DNA of 64,000 nt from an uncultured Candidatus Rokubacteria bacterium (GTDB taxonomy: Bacteria; Methylomirabilota; Methylomirabilia; Rokubacteriales; CSP1-6): the NCBI GenBank assembly GCA_963762145.1, contig CAVXJS010000014.1:609774-673773 (forward strand), read 5' to 3'. A program made the translations under genes and the position numbers. The notes under the pieces were generated by a model, which was not told the DNA's origin, did no database searches, and saw nothing but the letters and a program-made list of their open reading frames with translations. Of this stretch, positions 9,539-20,130 are shown in pieces (the stretch's first letter is position 1; each line of letters starts with the position of its first letter).

Positions 9539-10414
9539 ATGCTGACCCGCATCGACCACGTGATGATCTGCGTGCCGGACCTGGCCAAGGGGATCGAGGC
9601 CTACACGCGTCTCGGGTTCACCGTCTACCCCGGCGGCTCGCATACCGGCCGGCCCACCCACAACGCGATCGCGTTCCACGACGAGGACTATCTCGAGATC
9701 CTGAGCATCCGCGATCGGCACGCGGTCGTCCCCGGCAGCCCGGACGCGGGCCTCGCCGAGTACCTGGACCAGGGGGGCGGCTTCCGGATCGTGTCGATCC
9801 AGAGCGACGACCTGGCCGCGGACGTGGCCGCGATGCGGAGCCGCGGCGTGGACGTGGGCGAGATTCGCGACGGCGGGCGGCGCACCCTGGAAGGCCAGGA
9901 GCTGCGCTGGCGCGCCGCGTTCCTCGGCCCGCGCGACGCCCTGCCGATCTTCTTCATCCAGCACCTGACGCCGCTCGCGGAGCGGAAGGCGCACGCCCGG
10001 CGCCTGCCGGATCACCCGAATGGGGTGACCGGGATCGAACGGGTCTACATCGCGGTCCCCGACGTGGCCGCGGCGGCCCGGGCCTACGCCCGCGTGCTCG
10101 GGGTGCCCGCGCCCGCGGTCCATCGCGGCGCGGTCATCAAGGCGGACATGGCGGTGTTCGATCTCGGCCCCACCGGCCTCACGGTGGCCCAGCCCGCCGA
10201 GCCCGGCCCGGCCGCGGAGGCGCTGGCCCGCCGCGGGCCCGGGCCCTTCCAGGTGCTCCACCGCACGCGTGATCTCGGCGCGGTCGCGCGCGTTCTGGCC
10301 GATCACCGCGTCCCCGACGTGGTCGAGGGCGTGCGCAACACCGGCGAGCGCGCTCTCCTGGTGCGGCCGGAGCACGCCGCCGGCGCGTATATCGGGTTCG
10401 TGGGGATGGCCTAG
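9539..10414 (+). CDS. VOC/glyoxalase-like family protein (two domains)
   Basis: RIDHVMI, GGSH..THNA, YLEI, PIFFIQH, HPNGVTGI. Confidence 0.85.
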   Translation: MLTRIDHVMICVPDLAKGIEAYTRLGFTVYPGGSHTGRPTHNAIAFHDEDYLEILSIRDRHAVVPGSPDAGLAEYLDQGGGFRIVSIQSDDLAADVAAMRSRGVDVGEIRDGGRRTLEGQELRWRAAFLGPRDALPIFFIQHLTPLAERKAHARRLPDHPNGVTGIERVYIAVPDVAAAARAYARVLGVPAPAVHRGAVIKADMAVFDLGPTGLTVAQPAEPGPAAEALARRGPGPFQVLHRTRDLGAVARVLADHRVPDVVEGVRNTGERALLVRPEHAAGAYIGFVGMA

Positions 10415-10532
10415 CCCCCTCACCCTGCCCTCTCCCCCTGCGGGGGCGAGGGTTCCTCGACCACACCCTCTCCCCTCCGGGGCGAGGGTTCACGACACCC
10501 TCTCCCCTCGGGGGAGAGGGCAGGGTGAGGGG
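10415..10532. repeat. REP-like cluster, family A: three CCCTCTCCCC..GGGG(C/A)GAGGG hairpins within outer IR CCCCTCACCCTG/CAGGGTGAGGGG
   Basis: Read directly from sequence; lies between convergent genes. Confidence 0.85.
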
Positions 10533-10540
10533 TCCGCCTT

Positions 10541-11371
10541 TCAGCGCTCGCGCTCGCGATAGTCGCCGAACGCGGCGTCGCGCTGGCTCAGCAGGTCGCG
10601 CACGCTCCCGCCGTCGCGCTTGAACTGGGCGCGGTACTGCAGGCTGGCCTGGGTGGTGAACGCGAGCGCCTGCAGCTCGGTGCCCGCCCGGATGGCCGCG
10701 CGCAGCCCCATGATCTCCATCGCCCGGTGGACCGCACGCTTGTTGATCTGTGACAGCTCGGTGGGCACGAGCGCGATGCGCTCGGCCACGCCCAGCACGG
10801 TCCGCTCGAGCTCCGTCGCCGCGACCGCGCGATTGGCGAACCCGCGCGCGGCCGCTTCCGTCCCGGTGATCGCGTCGCCGGTCAGGAACATCTCCATCGC
10901 GGTGCGCATGCCCATCAGGAAGGGATGGAACTGGTTGTCGGGCGGGCTCATCAGGCGGGTGGGCGGGTAGCCGATGCGCGCGTCCTCGGCCACGTAGACG
11001 AGATCGCAGCACGCGGCCAGCTCGCTGCCGCCGGCCAGGCAGTAGCCGTGCACCTGGGCGATCACCGGCTTGGCCAGATCCCAGATCGTGAACCACCCGT
11101 CCACCACGTGCCGCGCCCATTGCCCGGGGCCGCCGGGGGAGTAGTAGGGCTGGTTCGCCGAGTTGTCGGCGGAGAGATCGTAGCCGGAGGAGAACGCGGG
11201 CCCGGCCCCGCGCAGGACCGAGACCCGCACCGCGGGATCGGCGTCGGCCGCCCGGAGCGCGTCGAGGATCGCGCCGCGCAGCTCGTTGCTGAGCGCGTTG
11301 CGCTTCTCCGGGCGGTTCAGGGTGAGACGGCGGACGCCGGGGAGGGGATCGTCGAGCAGCAGGACGGCCAT
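10541..11371 (-). CDS. Enoyl-CoA hydratase/isomerase family protein
   Basis: LNRPEKRNALS, FSSGYDL, KPVIAQVHGYCLAGG. Confidence 0.9.
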   Translation of the reverse strand: MAVLLLDDPLPGVRRLTLNRPEKRNALSNELRGAILDALRAADADPAVRVSVLRGAGPAFSSGYDLSADNSANQPYYSPGGPGQWARHVVDGWFTIWDLAKPVIAQVHGYCLAGGSELAACCDLVYVAEDARIGYPPTRLMSPPDNQFHPFLMGMRTAMEMFLTGDAITGTEAAARGFANRAVAATELERTVLGVAERIALVPTELSQINKRAVHRAMEIMGLRAAIRAGTELQALAFTTQASLQYRAQFKRDGGSVRDLLSQRDAAFGDYRERER

Positions 11372-11380
11372 GGCGGCCTC

Positions 11381-12413
11381 CTAGGCGAGCTGCGCGCGGA
11401 CGGCGCGCGCGCTCGCGGTCAGCATGCAGAGCTTGTTGAACGCGGTGTGGCGCGGCAGGTACTTCATGCCGCAGTCCGGGGCCAGGATCAGGCGCTCCGC
11501 GGGCACCCGCTCGAGCCCGGCGCGGATCCGCGCGGTCACCTGCTCGATCGTGTCCACCCCGGGGTCCGCGAGGTCGATCACGCCGAGGATGATCGTCTTG
11601 CCCGCCAGGTCGCTCGAGCACGGCCAGGTCGAGCCGGGGCTGCGCGGCCTCGATCGAGATCTGCTGGGCGGTGGTGCCCGCGAGCTGCGGCAGGAACGAG
11701 TAGCCGGTGGGCTTCTGGTGCTTCACCACCGCCGCGTAGCCGAAGCAGAGGTGGAGCGCGGTCGAAACCGTGAGGCCGTGGAGCGCGCGATTGATCGCGG
11801 GCACCGCGTAGCGCTTGGCCGCCTCGGGGTCGTTGCGCAGCCAGGGCTCGTCGAGCTGGATGACGTCGGCGCCGGCGGCCTGCAGGTCGTGGGCCTCGGC
11901 GTTGACCGCCTCCGCGTAGTCCATCGCCAGCTCTTCCAGATCGCGGTAGTGCTCGTTCCGGGCCTGCTGGGCCATGGTGAAGGGGCCGGGCAGGGTGATC
12001 TTGGCCGGGCGGTCGGTGTTGCGGCGGAGGAACTGCATGTCGCGCAGCTCGACGGGCCGCACGCGCCGGATCGGGCCGACCACGCGGGGCACCTGCGTCT
12101 CGTTGCCGTTGCGGTCCTTGATGACGCCGGGGTTGTGGTTGTCCACCCCGTCGAGCGCGGTGGCGAACCGGTTCGAGTAGCTCTCGCGCCGGATCTCGCC
12201 GTCGCTGATGATGTCGATCCCGGCGCGCTCCATGTCGCGGATGGCGACCACGGTGGCGTCGTCCTGCGCCTGCTCCAGGAGATCTTCCGGCACGCGCCAG
12301 ATGCTCCGCAGGCGCACGCGCGGGACGCCCTTGGAGAGGGCGGCCCGATCGACGAGCCAGTCGGGCTGGGGATAGCTGCCGACCACCGTGGTGGTGAGCA
12401 CCTGCTGGGCCAT
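11381..12413 (-). CDS. Cobalamin-independent methionine synthase II family protein (catalytic domain only); frameshift near 11610
   Basis: TTVVGSYPQP, DGEIRRESY, IQLDEP, HLCFG; C-terminal APDCG in an adjacent frame. Confidence 0.85.
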
Positions 12414-12432
12414 GGTCTGGACCTCCTTCGGG

Positions 12433-13176
12433 TCAGGTCTGCCGATAGGCCGCCACCCGCTGCTCCAGGCGGCGGAGAAGGATCTCGTGCATCCCGGTGA
12501 TGCCGAGCACGAGCACGATGCCCGCGTAGACCCCGGGGCTATTGAGCAGCGTCCGGTGCCGGGTGATCAGGTAGCCGAGGCCGTCGGCCGCGCCCAGCAT
12601 CTGGGCCACGATGACGCCGACGATCACCAGCGCGCCCCCGAGCCGCAGCGCGGCCACGATGGACGGCAGGCTCGCGGGCAGCGAGACGTAGAGGATCTGC
12701 TGGGCGCGGGTGGCCCCGAAGGCGCGCGCGGTCTCCGCGAGCGCGGGGCTGAGCGCGGCCACTCCCGCGACCGCGGTCAGCATGGTGGGGATGAAGGCGT
12801 AGATCGAGGCGAAGGCGATCTTCGACTCCGAGCCCAGGCCGAACCACACCATCATCACCGGGTAGAGCACGACCAGGGGCACCGCGTAGGCGCTCCGCAG
12901 CACCGGCAGGAGCATCCGCCGCGCGGCCGCCGAGGCGCCCACGAGCTGGCCGAGAAGGATGCCGCCGCCGCACACGATGACGTAGGAGACGGCGATCTCG
13001 CCGAACGTGGTGGGCAGGCTGCCGAGGTACTCCCGCCGGTCGGCCACGAGGGCGCCGAGCGCCTCGCTGAGCGGCGGCACGAAGAGGCGGGGGATCACCC
13101 CCGCGCGCGGCAGCAGCTCCCAGGCCGCGAGGATGGTCAGGTAGAGGGCGGCCTGGCTCCAGTGCAGGCGGGTCAC
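12433..13176 (-). CDS. NitT/TauT ABC transporter permease
   Basis: P..VLYP, EAA-like loop ETARAFGA, GLGYLI. Confidence 0.85.
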   Translation of the reverse strand: MTRLHWSQAALYLTILAAWELLPRAGVIPRLFVPPLSEALGALVADRREYLGSLPTTFGEIAVSYVIVCGGGILLGQLVGASAAARRMLLPVLRSAYAVPLVVLYPVMMVWFGLGSESKIAFASIYAFIPTMLTAVAGVAALSPALAETARAFGATRAQQILYVSLPASLPSIVAALRLGGALVIVGVIVAQMLGAADGLGYLITRHRTLLNSPGVYAGIVLVLGITGMHEILLRRLEQRVAAYRQT

Positions 13177-13947
13177 CGGCGCTCCGCGTGCTTGATGTGC
13201 TGCCAGATCCGGTCCTTGAGGACGCCGAAGCGCTCGCTCGAGGTCATCGCGAAGCTGCGCGGGCGCGGCAGGTCGACGGGCACGTCGTCCACCACGCGGC
13301 CGGGCCGCGCGCTCAGCACCACCACGCGGTCGGAGAGGTACACCGCCTCGTTCAGGCTGTGGGTCACGAACAGCACCGTCTTCCGCGTCTCCGACCAGAT
13401 GCGCAGCAGCTCGTCGCCCAGCACCATGCGCGTCTGCTCGTCGAGGGAGGCGAACGGCTCGTCCATCAGCAGCACCGCCGGGTTCTGCACCAGCCCGCGC
13501 GCGATGGCCACGCGCTGCTTCATGCCCCCCGAGAGCTGATGCGGCAGGCGGGTCTCGAAGCCGGCGAGGCCGGTCAGCTCGAGCATGCGGCCCGCGGCCT
13601 CGAGGCGCTCCGCCTTCGCCACCCGGCGCAGCTTCAGCGGGAACGCCACGTTGTCGACGGCGGAGAGCCAGGGCAGGAGGTTGGCCTCCTGGAAGATCAC
13701 CCCGACCTTGCGGGGCATCGGGCGCGGTGATCGGCTCGCCGTCGCAGAAGACCGCGCCGCTCGACGGCGCGCGCAGGCCCGCGATCAGCGAGAGCAGGGT
13801 GGACTTGCCGCAGCCGCTGGGCCCGACCACGGAGACAAATTGCCCGTCCGGGATCTCGAGGTCGATGCCCTCCAGCGCGGTCACGCCGGCCCCGTCCGCG
13901 CCGAAGCGCTGCGACACCCCGCGGATGGCGACCAGGGGACGGGTCAC
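13173..13947 (-). CDS. NitT/TauT ABC transporter ATP-binding protein; frameshift near 13720
   Basis: GPSGCGKST in one frame, LSGGMKQR and LLMDEPF in the next. Confidence 0.9.
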
Positions 13948-14699
13948 GAGCGCTGCCGCCACGCGCCGAGCCGGGTCTCGACCAGGCGCAGCGCCTCGTT
14001 GACCGCCACCGCGGCCACCGCCACGAGCACCAGCGCGGCGTAGAGCTGGGGCATCTGGAGGTTCTCGCCCCAGGCCGCGATGCGGTAGCCGATGCCGTCG
14101 CGCGCGCCGTAGATCTCGCACAGGAGCACCGCGGTGATGTTGAAGACCATGCCGAGGCGCGCCGACTCGAGCAGGATCGGCGCCATCGCGGGCAGGTAGA
14201 TCTCCCGGATGATCTGCAGCCGGCTCGCCCCGTACACGCGGCTGACCGTGACCAGCTCGGGCGGCACCGACTGCACCGCCGCGATGCCGCCCATGATCAG
14301 CACGAAGATGGTGGTGAAGACCCCGAAGGCGATCTTCTGCGGGATGCTGACCCCGAACACCAGGATGAACACGGGCAGGAAGATGGACTTGGGCACCCCG
14401 AACAGGAAGTTGACGAGCGGCCGGAACAGGCCGCCCAGCCCGGGGATCTCGGCGAGGGTGAAGCCGATCAGGAGGCCCACCGGGACCGCGATCAGGAAGG
14501 CGGCGACCGCTTCCCACGCGGTGACCGCGAGGCTCGCCAGCACCTCGGGCCGCTCGAGCAGCCGGACGAGCGCGCCCAGGATCGTGCTCGGCGCGGGCGC
14601 GAGGCTCGCGTCGATCCGTCCCAGGCGCCCCAGCCCCTCCCAGAGGCCGAAGAGGCCGAGGACGACGGCGGCGACGATGACGCGCTCGTGCCGCCGCAT
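13944..14699 (-). CDS. NitT/TauT ABC transporter permease
   Basis: PAPSTI, PKSIFLP, VSRVYGAS, GIGY. Confidence 0.85.
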   Translation of the reverse strand: MRRHERVIVAAVVLGLFGLWEGLGRLGRIDASLAPAPSTILGALVRLLERPEVLASLAVTAWEAVAAFLIAVPVGLLIGFTLAEIPGLGGLFRPLVNFLFGVPKSIFLPVFILVFGVSIPQKIAFGVFTTIFVLIMGGIAAVQSVPPELVTVSRVYGASRLQIIREIYLPAMAPILLESARLGMVFNITAVLLCEIYGARDGIGYRIAAWGENLQMPQLYAALVLVAVAAVAVNEALRLVETRLGAWRQRS

Positions 14700-14709
14700 C
14701 CCGGGGTCT

Positions 14710-15672
14710 CTACGGCTTGGTCGGGCTGATCGGCATGTTCATGAACACGTCGGCGGCGGGCGCCATGTCCTTCACCCCGCTCGCGGCGGCCAGGTCCATG
14801 GCCTTCTGCACCGAGGCGAGCGTCATCTTCCCGTCGCGGGAGAGCCGGAGGAAGGTCTTCTCGTACTCCATCTTGGCGATCTCGATCGGCAGCTCGTTGT
14901 TGGCCGCGATGGTCTTGATCGCGTAGTCGGGATTGTTGCGCATGTACTCCAGCGCGCCGTAGAGCGCGTTGAGCCCCTTCTGGATGAAGGGACGCCGCTC
15001 GGTCAGGTTCTTCTCGGTCGCGGTCCAGCCCCCGATCAGGTTCGGCGGCATCGCGGTGGCGAAGTCCATCAGCACGCGGACCTTGCCCTCCGAGACGACC
15101 TGGTAGCTGAGGGGCGAGTAGATGACCGCGGCGGCGAGGTTGTCGTTGAGCAGGTTGGGCACGAGCCCGCCCCCGCCCACCGGCACCCGCTGGAAGGTGA
15201 CCTTGTTCTCGCTCTGGCCCCAGAGGGCGAGCGTGTCGGTGCCCGAGCCGGCCGAGGTGATGCCGACCTTCTTGCCGTCGAGCTCCTTCGCCGACTTGAT
15301 CGGCGAGGCGGTCCTGACCCCGAGGATCCAGCCCGACCACTCGTCGCCGTTGCCGCCGACGATCTTGGTGAGCACGCCGCGGGTGCGCGAGGTCGCCACG
15401 AGCGGCACCGCCACCGGACCCAGGTCGGCCGAGTTCGCCGCGATGGCCTCGAAGGTCTCGCCGCCGCCGCGGTAGATCGTGATCTCCGGCCGGAGGCCCT
15501 CCTTCTCGAACAGCCCCTTCTCCTTGGCGACGGTCGCGAGGATGGTCGGGAAGTACGTCTTGGTCGGGCAGCCGATGCGGATCACTTCCTGGGCGCCCGC
15601 CCCCGTGGGAAGGAAGAGCAGCGCGCCGGTCACCACCGCCAGCGCCAGCCGAGCCATGAGCTTCGTTGCCAT
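14710..15672 (-). CDS. NMT1/SsuA-type ABC substrate-binding protein
   Basis: Signal peptide, KGLFEKEGL, LDGKKVGITSAGSGT. Confidence 0.85.
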   Translation of the reverse strand: MATKLMARLALAVVTGALLFLPTGAGAQEVIRIGCPTKTYFPTILATVAKEKGLFEKEGLRPEITIYRGGGETFEAIAANSADLGPVAVPLVATSRTRGVLTKIVGGNGDEWSGWILGVRTASPIKSAKELDGKKVGITSAGSGTDTLALWGQSENKVTFQRVPVGGGGLVPNLLNDNLAAAVIYSPLSYQVVSEGKVRVLMDFATAMPPNLIGGWTATEKNLTERRPFIQKGLNALYGALEYMRNNPDYAIKTIAANNELPIEIAKMEYEKTFLRLSRDGKMTLASVQKAMDLAAASGVKDMAPAADVFMNMPISPTKP

Positions 15673-15721
15673 GGAGGAGTCCTCCTGAGGAGATCGGGTA
15701 TCGCCGGGCATCCTAGCACGG

Positions 15722-15750
15722 TTGACCGCCCCCGCCGACGGCGGTAGATT
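15722..15750 (+). promoter_or_regulatory. sigma70-type promoter
   Basis: TTGACC-N17-TAGATT upstream of ATG 15778; identical hexamers at 29911-29939. Confidence 0.6.
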
Positions 15751-15777
15751 CGCGCGGTACCTCGAAAGGGAGGCCAC

Positions 15778-16632
15778 ATGGACGCGGGCGCGGCGATCTT
15801 CTTCACCGACTACTCGATCGGCCCGGCGGCGCTGGGCCGGGCGCTGGAGGAGCGCGGGCTCGGCTCGCTCTGGGCGCCGGAGCACTCGCACATCCCGCTC
15901 TCGCGCACCTCCGCGTTCCCCCAGGGCGGCGACCTGCCCAAGAAGTACTACGACGTGATGGACCCGTTCGTCACGCTCGCGGCCGCCGCCGCGGTCACCA
16001 CGACGCTCCAGGTGGCCACCGGGGTGTGCCTGGTCGTCCAGCGCGATCCGATCCAGACCGCCAAGGCGGTGGCGACTCTCGACCAGGTCTCGGGCGGGCG
16101 CTTCCTCTTCGGGATCGGCGCGGGCTGGAACGCGGAGGAGATGGCCGACCACGGCACCGAGTTCAAGTCGCGCTTCAAGGTGATGCAGGAGCGCGTCGAG
16201 GCCATGCGGGCCATCTGGACGAAGTCGAAGCCCGAGTACACCGGAGAGTTCGTGAAGTTCGCGCCGATGATGACGTGGCCCAAGCCGGTGCAGAAGCCGC
16301 ATCCGCCGGTGCTGGTGGGCGGCGCCTTCCCCTACGGGGCGCGCCGGGCCATCGCCTACGGCGACGGGTGGGTGCCGCACGCGCGCCGGCCCGCCTACGG
16401 CGACGTGCTCGGCAAGCTGCCCGAGTTCCGCGCGATGGCCACCGCGGCCGGGCGCGATCCCGCCACGCTGCCGATCACCGTCTTCGGCGTGGCCGAGGAC
16501 GCCGATCTCATCAAGCGCTACCGCGACGCGGGGGTGGCGCGGCTCATCTTCAATCTCCCATCCGCGAAGGCCGACGAGGTGCTCCCCGTGCTCGATCGCT
16601 GTGCTGATCTCATGCGGCAGGTGCAGTCCTGA
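15778..16632 (+). CDS. LLM class F420-dependent oxidoreductase (Rv2161c-like)
   Basis: WAPEHSHIP, DPFVTL, SGGRFLFGIGAGWN, PKPVQKPHPP. Confidence 0.9.
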   Translation: MDAGAAIFFTDYSIGPAALGRALEERGLGSLWAPEHSHIPLSRTSAFPQGGDLPKKYYDVMDPFVTLAAAAAVTTTLQVATGVCLVVQRDPIQTAKAVATLDQVSGGRFLFGIGAGWNAEEMADHGTEFKSRFKVMQERVEAMRAIWTKSKPEYTGEFVKFAPMMTWPKPVQKPHPPVLVGGAFPYGARRAIAYGDGWVPHARRPAYGDVLGKLPEFRAMATAAGRDPATLPITVFGVAEDADLIKRYRDAGVARLIFNLPSAKADEVLPVLDRCADLMRQVQS

Positions 16633-17570
16633 TGGCCACCCACAAGCCCGCGATCAAGCAGATCGCCTCGGGGCTGCGGTTCCCCGAGGGTCCGGTGGCG
16701 ATGCCGGACGGCTCCGTCATCCTGGTCGAGATCGAGCGCCGGACGCTCTCGCGCGTGACGCCGGACGGGAAGGTCCACGTGATCGCCACCCTCGGCGGCG
16801 GCCCGAACGGCGCCGCGATGGGCCCGGGCGGCAAGATGTACGTGACCAACAACGGCGGCCTCAAGTTCGTGGACCGCCCGGGCAAGCTCTTCCCGGTGGC
16901 CCAGGCCGACGACTACTCGACCGGCAGCATCCAGGTGGTGGATCCCGAGACGGGCAAGTTCGACACGCTCTACGACCGCTGCGACGGCCAGCGCCTGCGC
17001 GGGCCGAACGACCTGGTGTTCGACGGGGCGGGCGGCTTCTGGTTCACCGATCTGGGCAAGACGCGCGAGCGCGACAGCGACCGCGGCGTCGTCTACTACG
17101 CCAAGGCCGACGGCTCCTCGATCAAGGAGGCGATCTTCCCGCTCGAGCGGCCCAACGGCATCGGCCTCTCGCCCGACGAGAAGACGCTCTACGTGGTCGA
17201 GACCCCGACCGCGCGCTGCTGGGCCTTCAAGCTCTCCGGGCCCGGTCAGATCGAGTCGGCGAACGGCCCGTACCGCGGCGAGAAGGGCACCGTGATCTCC
17301 GGGCTCGGCGGCTACCAGATGTTCGATTCGCTCGCGGTGGACGGCGAGGGGCACGTCTGCGTGGCCACCCTGATCACCGGGGCGGTGAGCGACATCTGGC
17401 CCGACGGCAGCCGGGTGGACCAGTTCATGCTGCCGGACATGATGGTCACCAACGTGTGCTTCGGCGGCAAGGACCTCCGCACCGCGTACGCGACGCTCTC
17501 GATGGGCGGCACCCTCGTGTCGTTCGACTGGCCGCGCGCGGGGCTCGCGCTGCGGCATCTGAACCGCTGA
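16632..17570 (+). CDS. SMP-30/gluconolactonase family protein
   Basis: FPEGP, PNDL, PNGIGLSPD, TNVCFGG. Confidence 0.9.
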   Translation: MATHKPAIKQIASGLRFPEGPVAMPDGSVILVEIERRTLSRVTPDGKVHVIATLGGGPNGAAMGPGGKMYVTNNGGLKFVDRPGKLFPVAQADDYSTGSIQVVDPETGKFDTLYDRCDGQRLRGPNDLVFDGAGGFWFTDLGKTRERDSDRGVVYYAKADGSSIKEAIFPLERPNGIGLSPDEKTLYVVETPTARCWAFKLSGPGQIESANGPYRGEKGTVISGLGGYQMFDSLAVDGEGHVCVATLITGAVSDIWPDGSRVDQFMLPDMMVTNVCFGGKDLRTAYATLSMGGTLVSFDWPRAGLALRHLNR

Positions 17571-18465
17571 TGCAGGTCGGGGTCTGGATCCCGAACTGCC
17601 GGCACCTCGCGACACCGGACATCATCCGGCGCACCGCGGTGCGCGCCGAGCAGCTCGGCTACGACTCGGTGTGGGTGAGCGACCACGTGGTGGTGCCCGA
17701 CGCCAACGTGGACCGGATCGGCGCCGGCATCTTCGACCCGCTGGTGACCCTCGCGGTGGCGGCGGGGGCGACGAGCCGCGTGCGCCTCGGCACCACCGTG
17801 CTGATCGTGCCCTACCGCAACCCGGTGGTGACCGCCAAGATGGTCTCCTCGCTCGACGCGCTCTCCGGCGGCCGCGTGGTGCTGGGCGTGGGCGCGGGCT
17901 GGCTCGCCGAGGAGAGCGCCGCCCTCGGCGTGCCCTTCGCGGAGCGGGGCGCGATGACCGACGAGTACCTGGCCGCGATGCGGGAGCTGTGGACCAGCCC
18001 CGCGCCGTCCTTCGCGGGCAAGTACACGCGGTTCAGCGGCCTCAAGTTCGAGCCGAAGCCGGTCCAGCAGCCGCACCCGCCGATCTGGGTCGGCGGCCAC
18101 GGCCGCGCCTCGCTCCGCCGCGCGGCCGAGATCGGCGCCGCGTGGCACCCGATCAACCGCTCCCCGAGGAGCTGCGGGCCGGCCGTGCGGAGCTGGCCGC
18201 GCTCTGCACCGCGCGCGGGCGCGGGGTGCCGCCGATCGCGCTCCGCAACGACCTCTGCGTGCTGCGGCCGGGCGGGCGCCCCGGCACCTCGGTGCGTGGC
18301 GGCAGCGTGCTGGTGGGCGAGCCCGCCGCGCTGGTGGACCGCCTCGCCGAGCTGCACGCGGTCGGCGTCGAGCATCTCGTGATCGAGTTCCTCGCCCCCG
18401 ACGGTTCCGAGCTCGACGAGCAGATGGCGCTCTTCGCCGAGCGCGTCCGACCCAAGCTCGCGTGA
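17570..18465 (+). CDS. LLM class F420-dependent oxidoreductase; frameshift near 18160
   Basis: GYDSVWVSDH, SGGRVVLGVGAGW, PKPVQQPHPP; C-terminus in an adjacent frame. Confidence 0.85.
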
Positions 18466-19268
18466 CCGCGCCCCGGATGGCGGTCCACCGGTTTGGCCGC
18501 GGGCCGGATCTCGTGCTCTTCCACGGCGGCATGGGCTCCTGGAAGCACTGGATCCGCAACGTCGACGCCCTCGCGGCGCGCTTCACCGTGCACGCGCTCG
18601 ATCATCCGTCCTATGGCGACTCCGCGGCCGTGCCGCGCGAGACCACCGGCCCGCAGTACCTCGACCTGGTCGAGGCGCTGCTCCTCGAGGCGCTGCCGGG
18701 CGAGGCGCCGCTCCGGATGGCCGGCTTCTCGTTCGGCGCCGCGATCGGGGCCAGCATGGCCCGGCGCCTGGGCCCGCGGGTGAGCCACCTCTGCCTGATC
18801 TCGCCCGGCGGCTTCCCGATGCGGAAGTTCGGCGAGCGGCCGATCCGCAGCTACAAGGAGGCCGGCGGCGATGACCGGCTCTTTCGCGAGATCTGCCGCC
18901 ACAACCTGCTCGTCAACATGCTGAGCGATCCCGCGAGCGTCTCCGAGGAGACGGTGGACATCCAGGCGGACCTGGTGCGACGAACCCGTTTCGATAGTCG
19001 GAAAGTCAGCGCCGGCGGTACGCTCCTCGGCGACCTCGCGGAGGTGGCCCGGCGGGGCGGGAAGATCCGCCTGCTGTGGGGCGATCGCGACGACTCCACG
19101 TTCCGCCCCGCCAAGCTGCTCATCGGCGAGATCCAGGGCGCCGTCCCGGGTCTCGACCTGCACCGCATCCCGAAGGCCGGCCACTGGTCGGCCTACGAGA
19201 ACGCGCCCGAGGTCAACCGCCTGCTGCTGGAGTTCTTCGGCGGCGGCGCAGAAGAGAGGTCACCATGA
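18462..19268 (+). CDS. Alpha/beta hydrolase
   Basis: HGGMGSW, GFSFG, WGDRD, AGHW. Confidence 0.9.
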   Translation: MTAPRMAVHRFGRGPDLVLFHGGMGSWKHWIRNVDALAARFTVHALDHPSYGDSAAVPRETTGPQYLDLVEALLLEALPGEAPLRMAGFSFGAAIGASMARRLGPRVSHLCLISPGGFPMRKFGERPIRSYKEAGGDDRLFREICRHNLLVNMLSDPASVSEETVDIQADLVRRTRFDSRKVSAGGTLLGDLAEVARRGGKIRLLWGDRDDSTFRPAKLLIGEIQGAVPGLDLHRIPKAGHWSAYENAPEVNRLLLEFFGGGAEERSP

Positions 19269-20108
19269 GCCCGAATCGTCAGCCGGTCGCCGTCGTGGTG
19301 GGCGCGACCTCCAAGTGGCAGGCCGATGGCCGCAACACCAAGCTCGCACACGGCAAGGCGCTCGACGACCGCGACCTGCCGGTGGGGATCCGCTGGGGCG
19401 TCGGCGGCGCGATCGCGCAGAAGTTCGCCAAGGAGGGCTTCGTCGTCGTGCTCACGACGCGGAAGTCGGCCAACGCGACCGCGCTCGACGAGGCGATCCG
19501 CGACGCAGGGCGGGGCGAGCACGATCGTCGAGCTGGACCTGGCGTCCGACGCCTCGATCTCGAAGGCCTTCGCGACGATCCGGGAGCGGCACGGCGATCC
19601 CGAGGTCCTGGTCTACAACGCGGGCTACCTCGAGGGCCGCGACCTGCCGCCGGACAAGGAGCTGCTGGAGCACGTCCCGGTCGAGATCTTCGAGACCGCG
19701 CAGCACATCGCGAGCCGCGGGCCGTTCCTGGTCGCCAAGGAGGTGCTGCCCGCCATGCGCAAGCGCGGGGCCGGCTCGTTCCTGATCTCGAACAACTCGT
19801 CGTCCCTGCGGGGCCGCAAGCGCCTGACCGGGCAATCGCTCTACTACCCGCGGGTCATGATGCGCACGCTGGCCCAGGTGCTGACCGAGGAGTACTCCGA
19901 GCACGGCGTGCACGTGGCGAACGTGGTGATCGACGGCCTCATCGACTCGCCGGGGACCCGGGCCCTGCCGCGGGCCCAGAAGCAGCCGGAGATCGTCATG
20001 AACCCCGTGAAGATCGCGGAGGCGTTCTACTACCTGCACACCCAGGACCGGTCCTGCTGGACGCACGAGCTGCAGCTGACGCCGTTTTCGACCAAGCCTA
20101 GTTTCTAG
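19265..20108 (+). CDS. Short-chain dehydrogenase/reductase; frameshift near 19510
   Basis: VVVGA..GVGGAIA, VYNAGY, GVHVANVVIDG, WTHEL. Confidence 0.85.
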
Positions 20109-20130
20109 GCTGGGCTATAGTCGAGAAGGC

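Noticed and set aside
10415-10532. CRISPR array
   Set aside because: Spacers are only about 8-13 nt, the units are degenerate palindromes dispersed elsewhere in the window, and there are no cas genes
12430-12441. GGGTCAGGTCT as another family B repeat
   Set aside because: Short match that coincides with the permease stop codon; the rest of the 25-mer is absent
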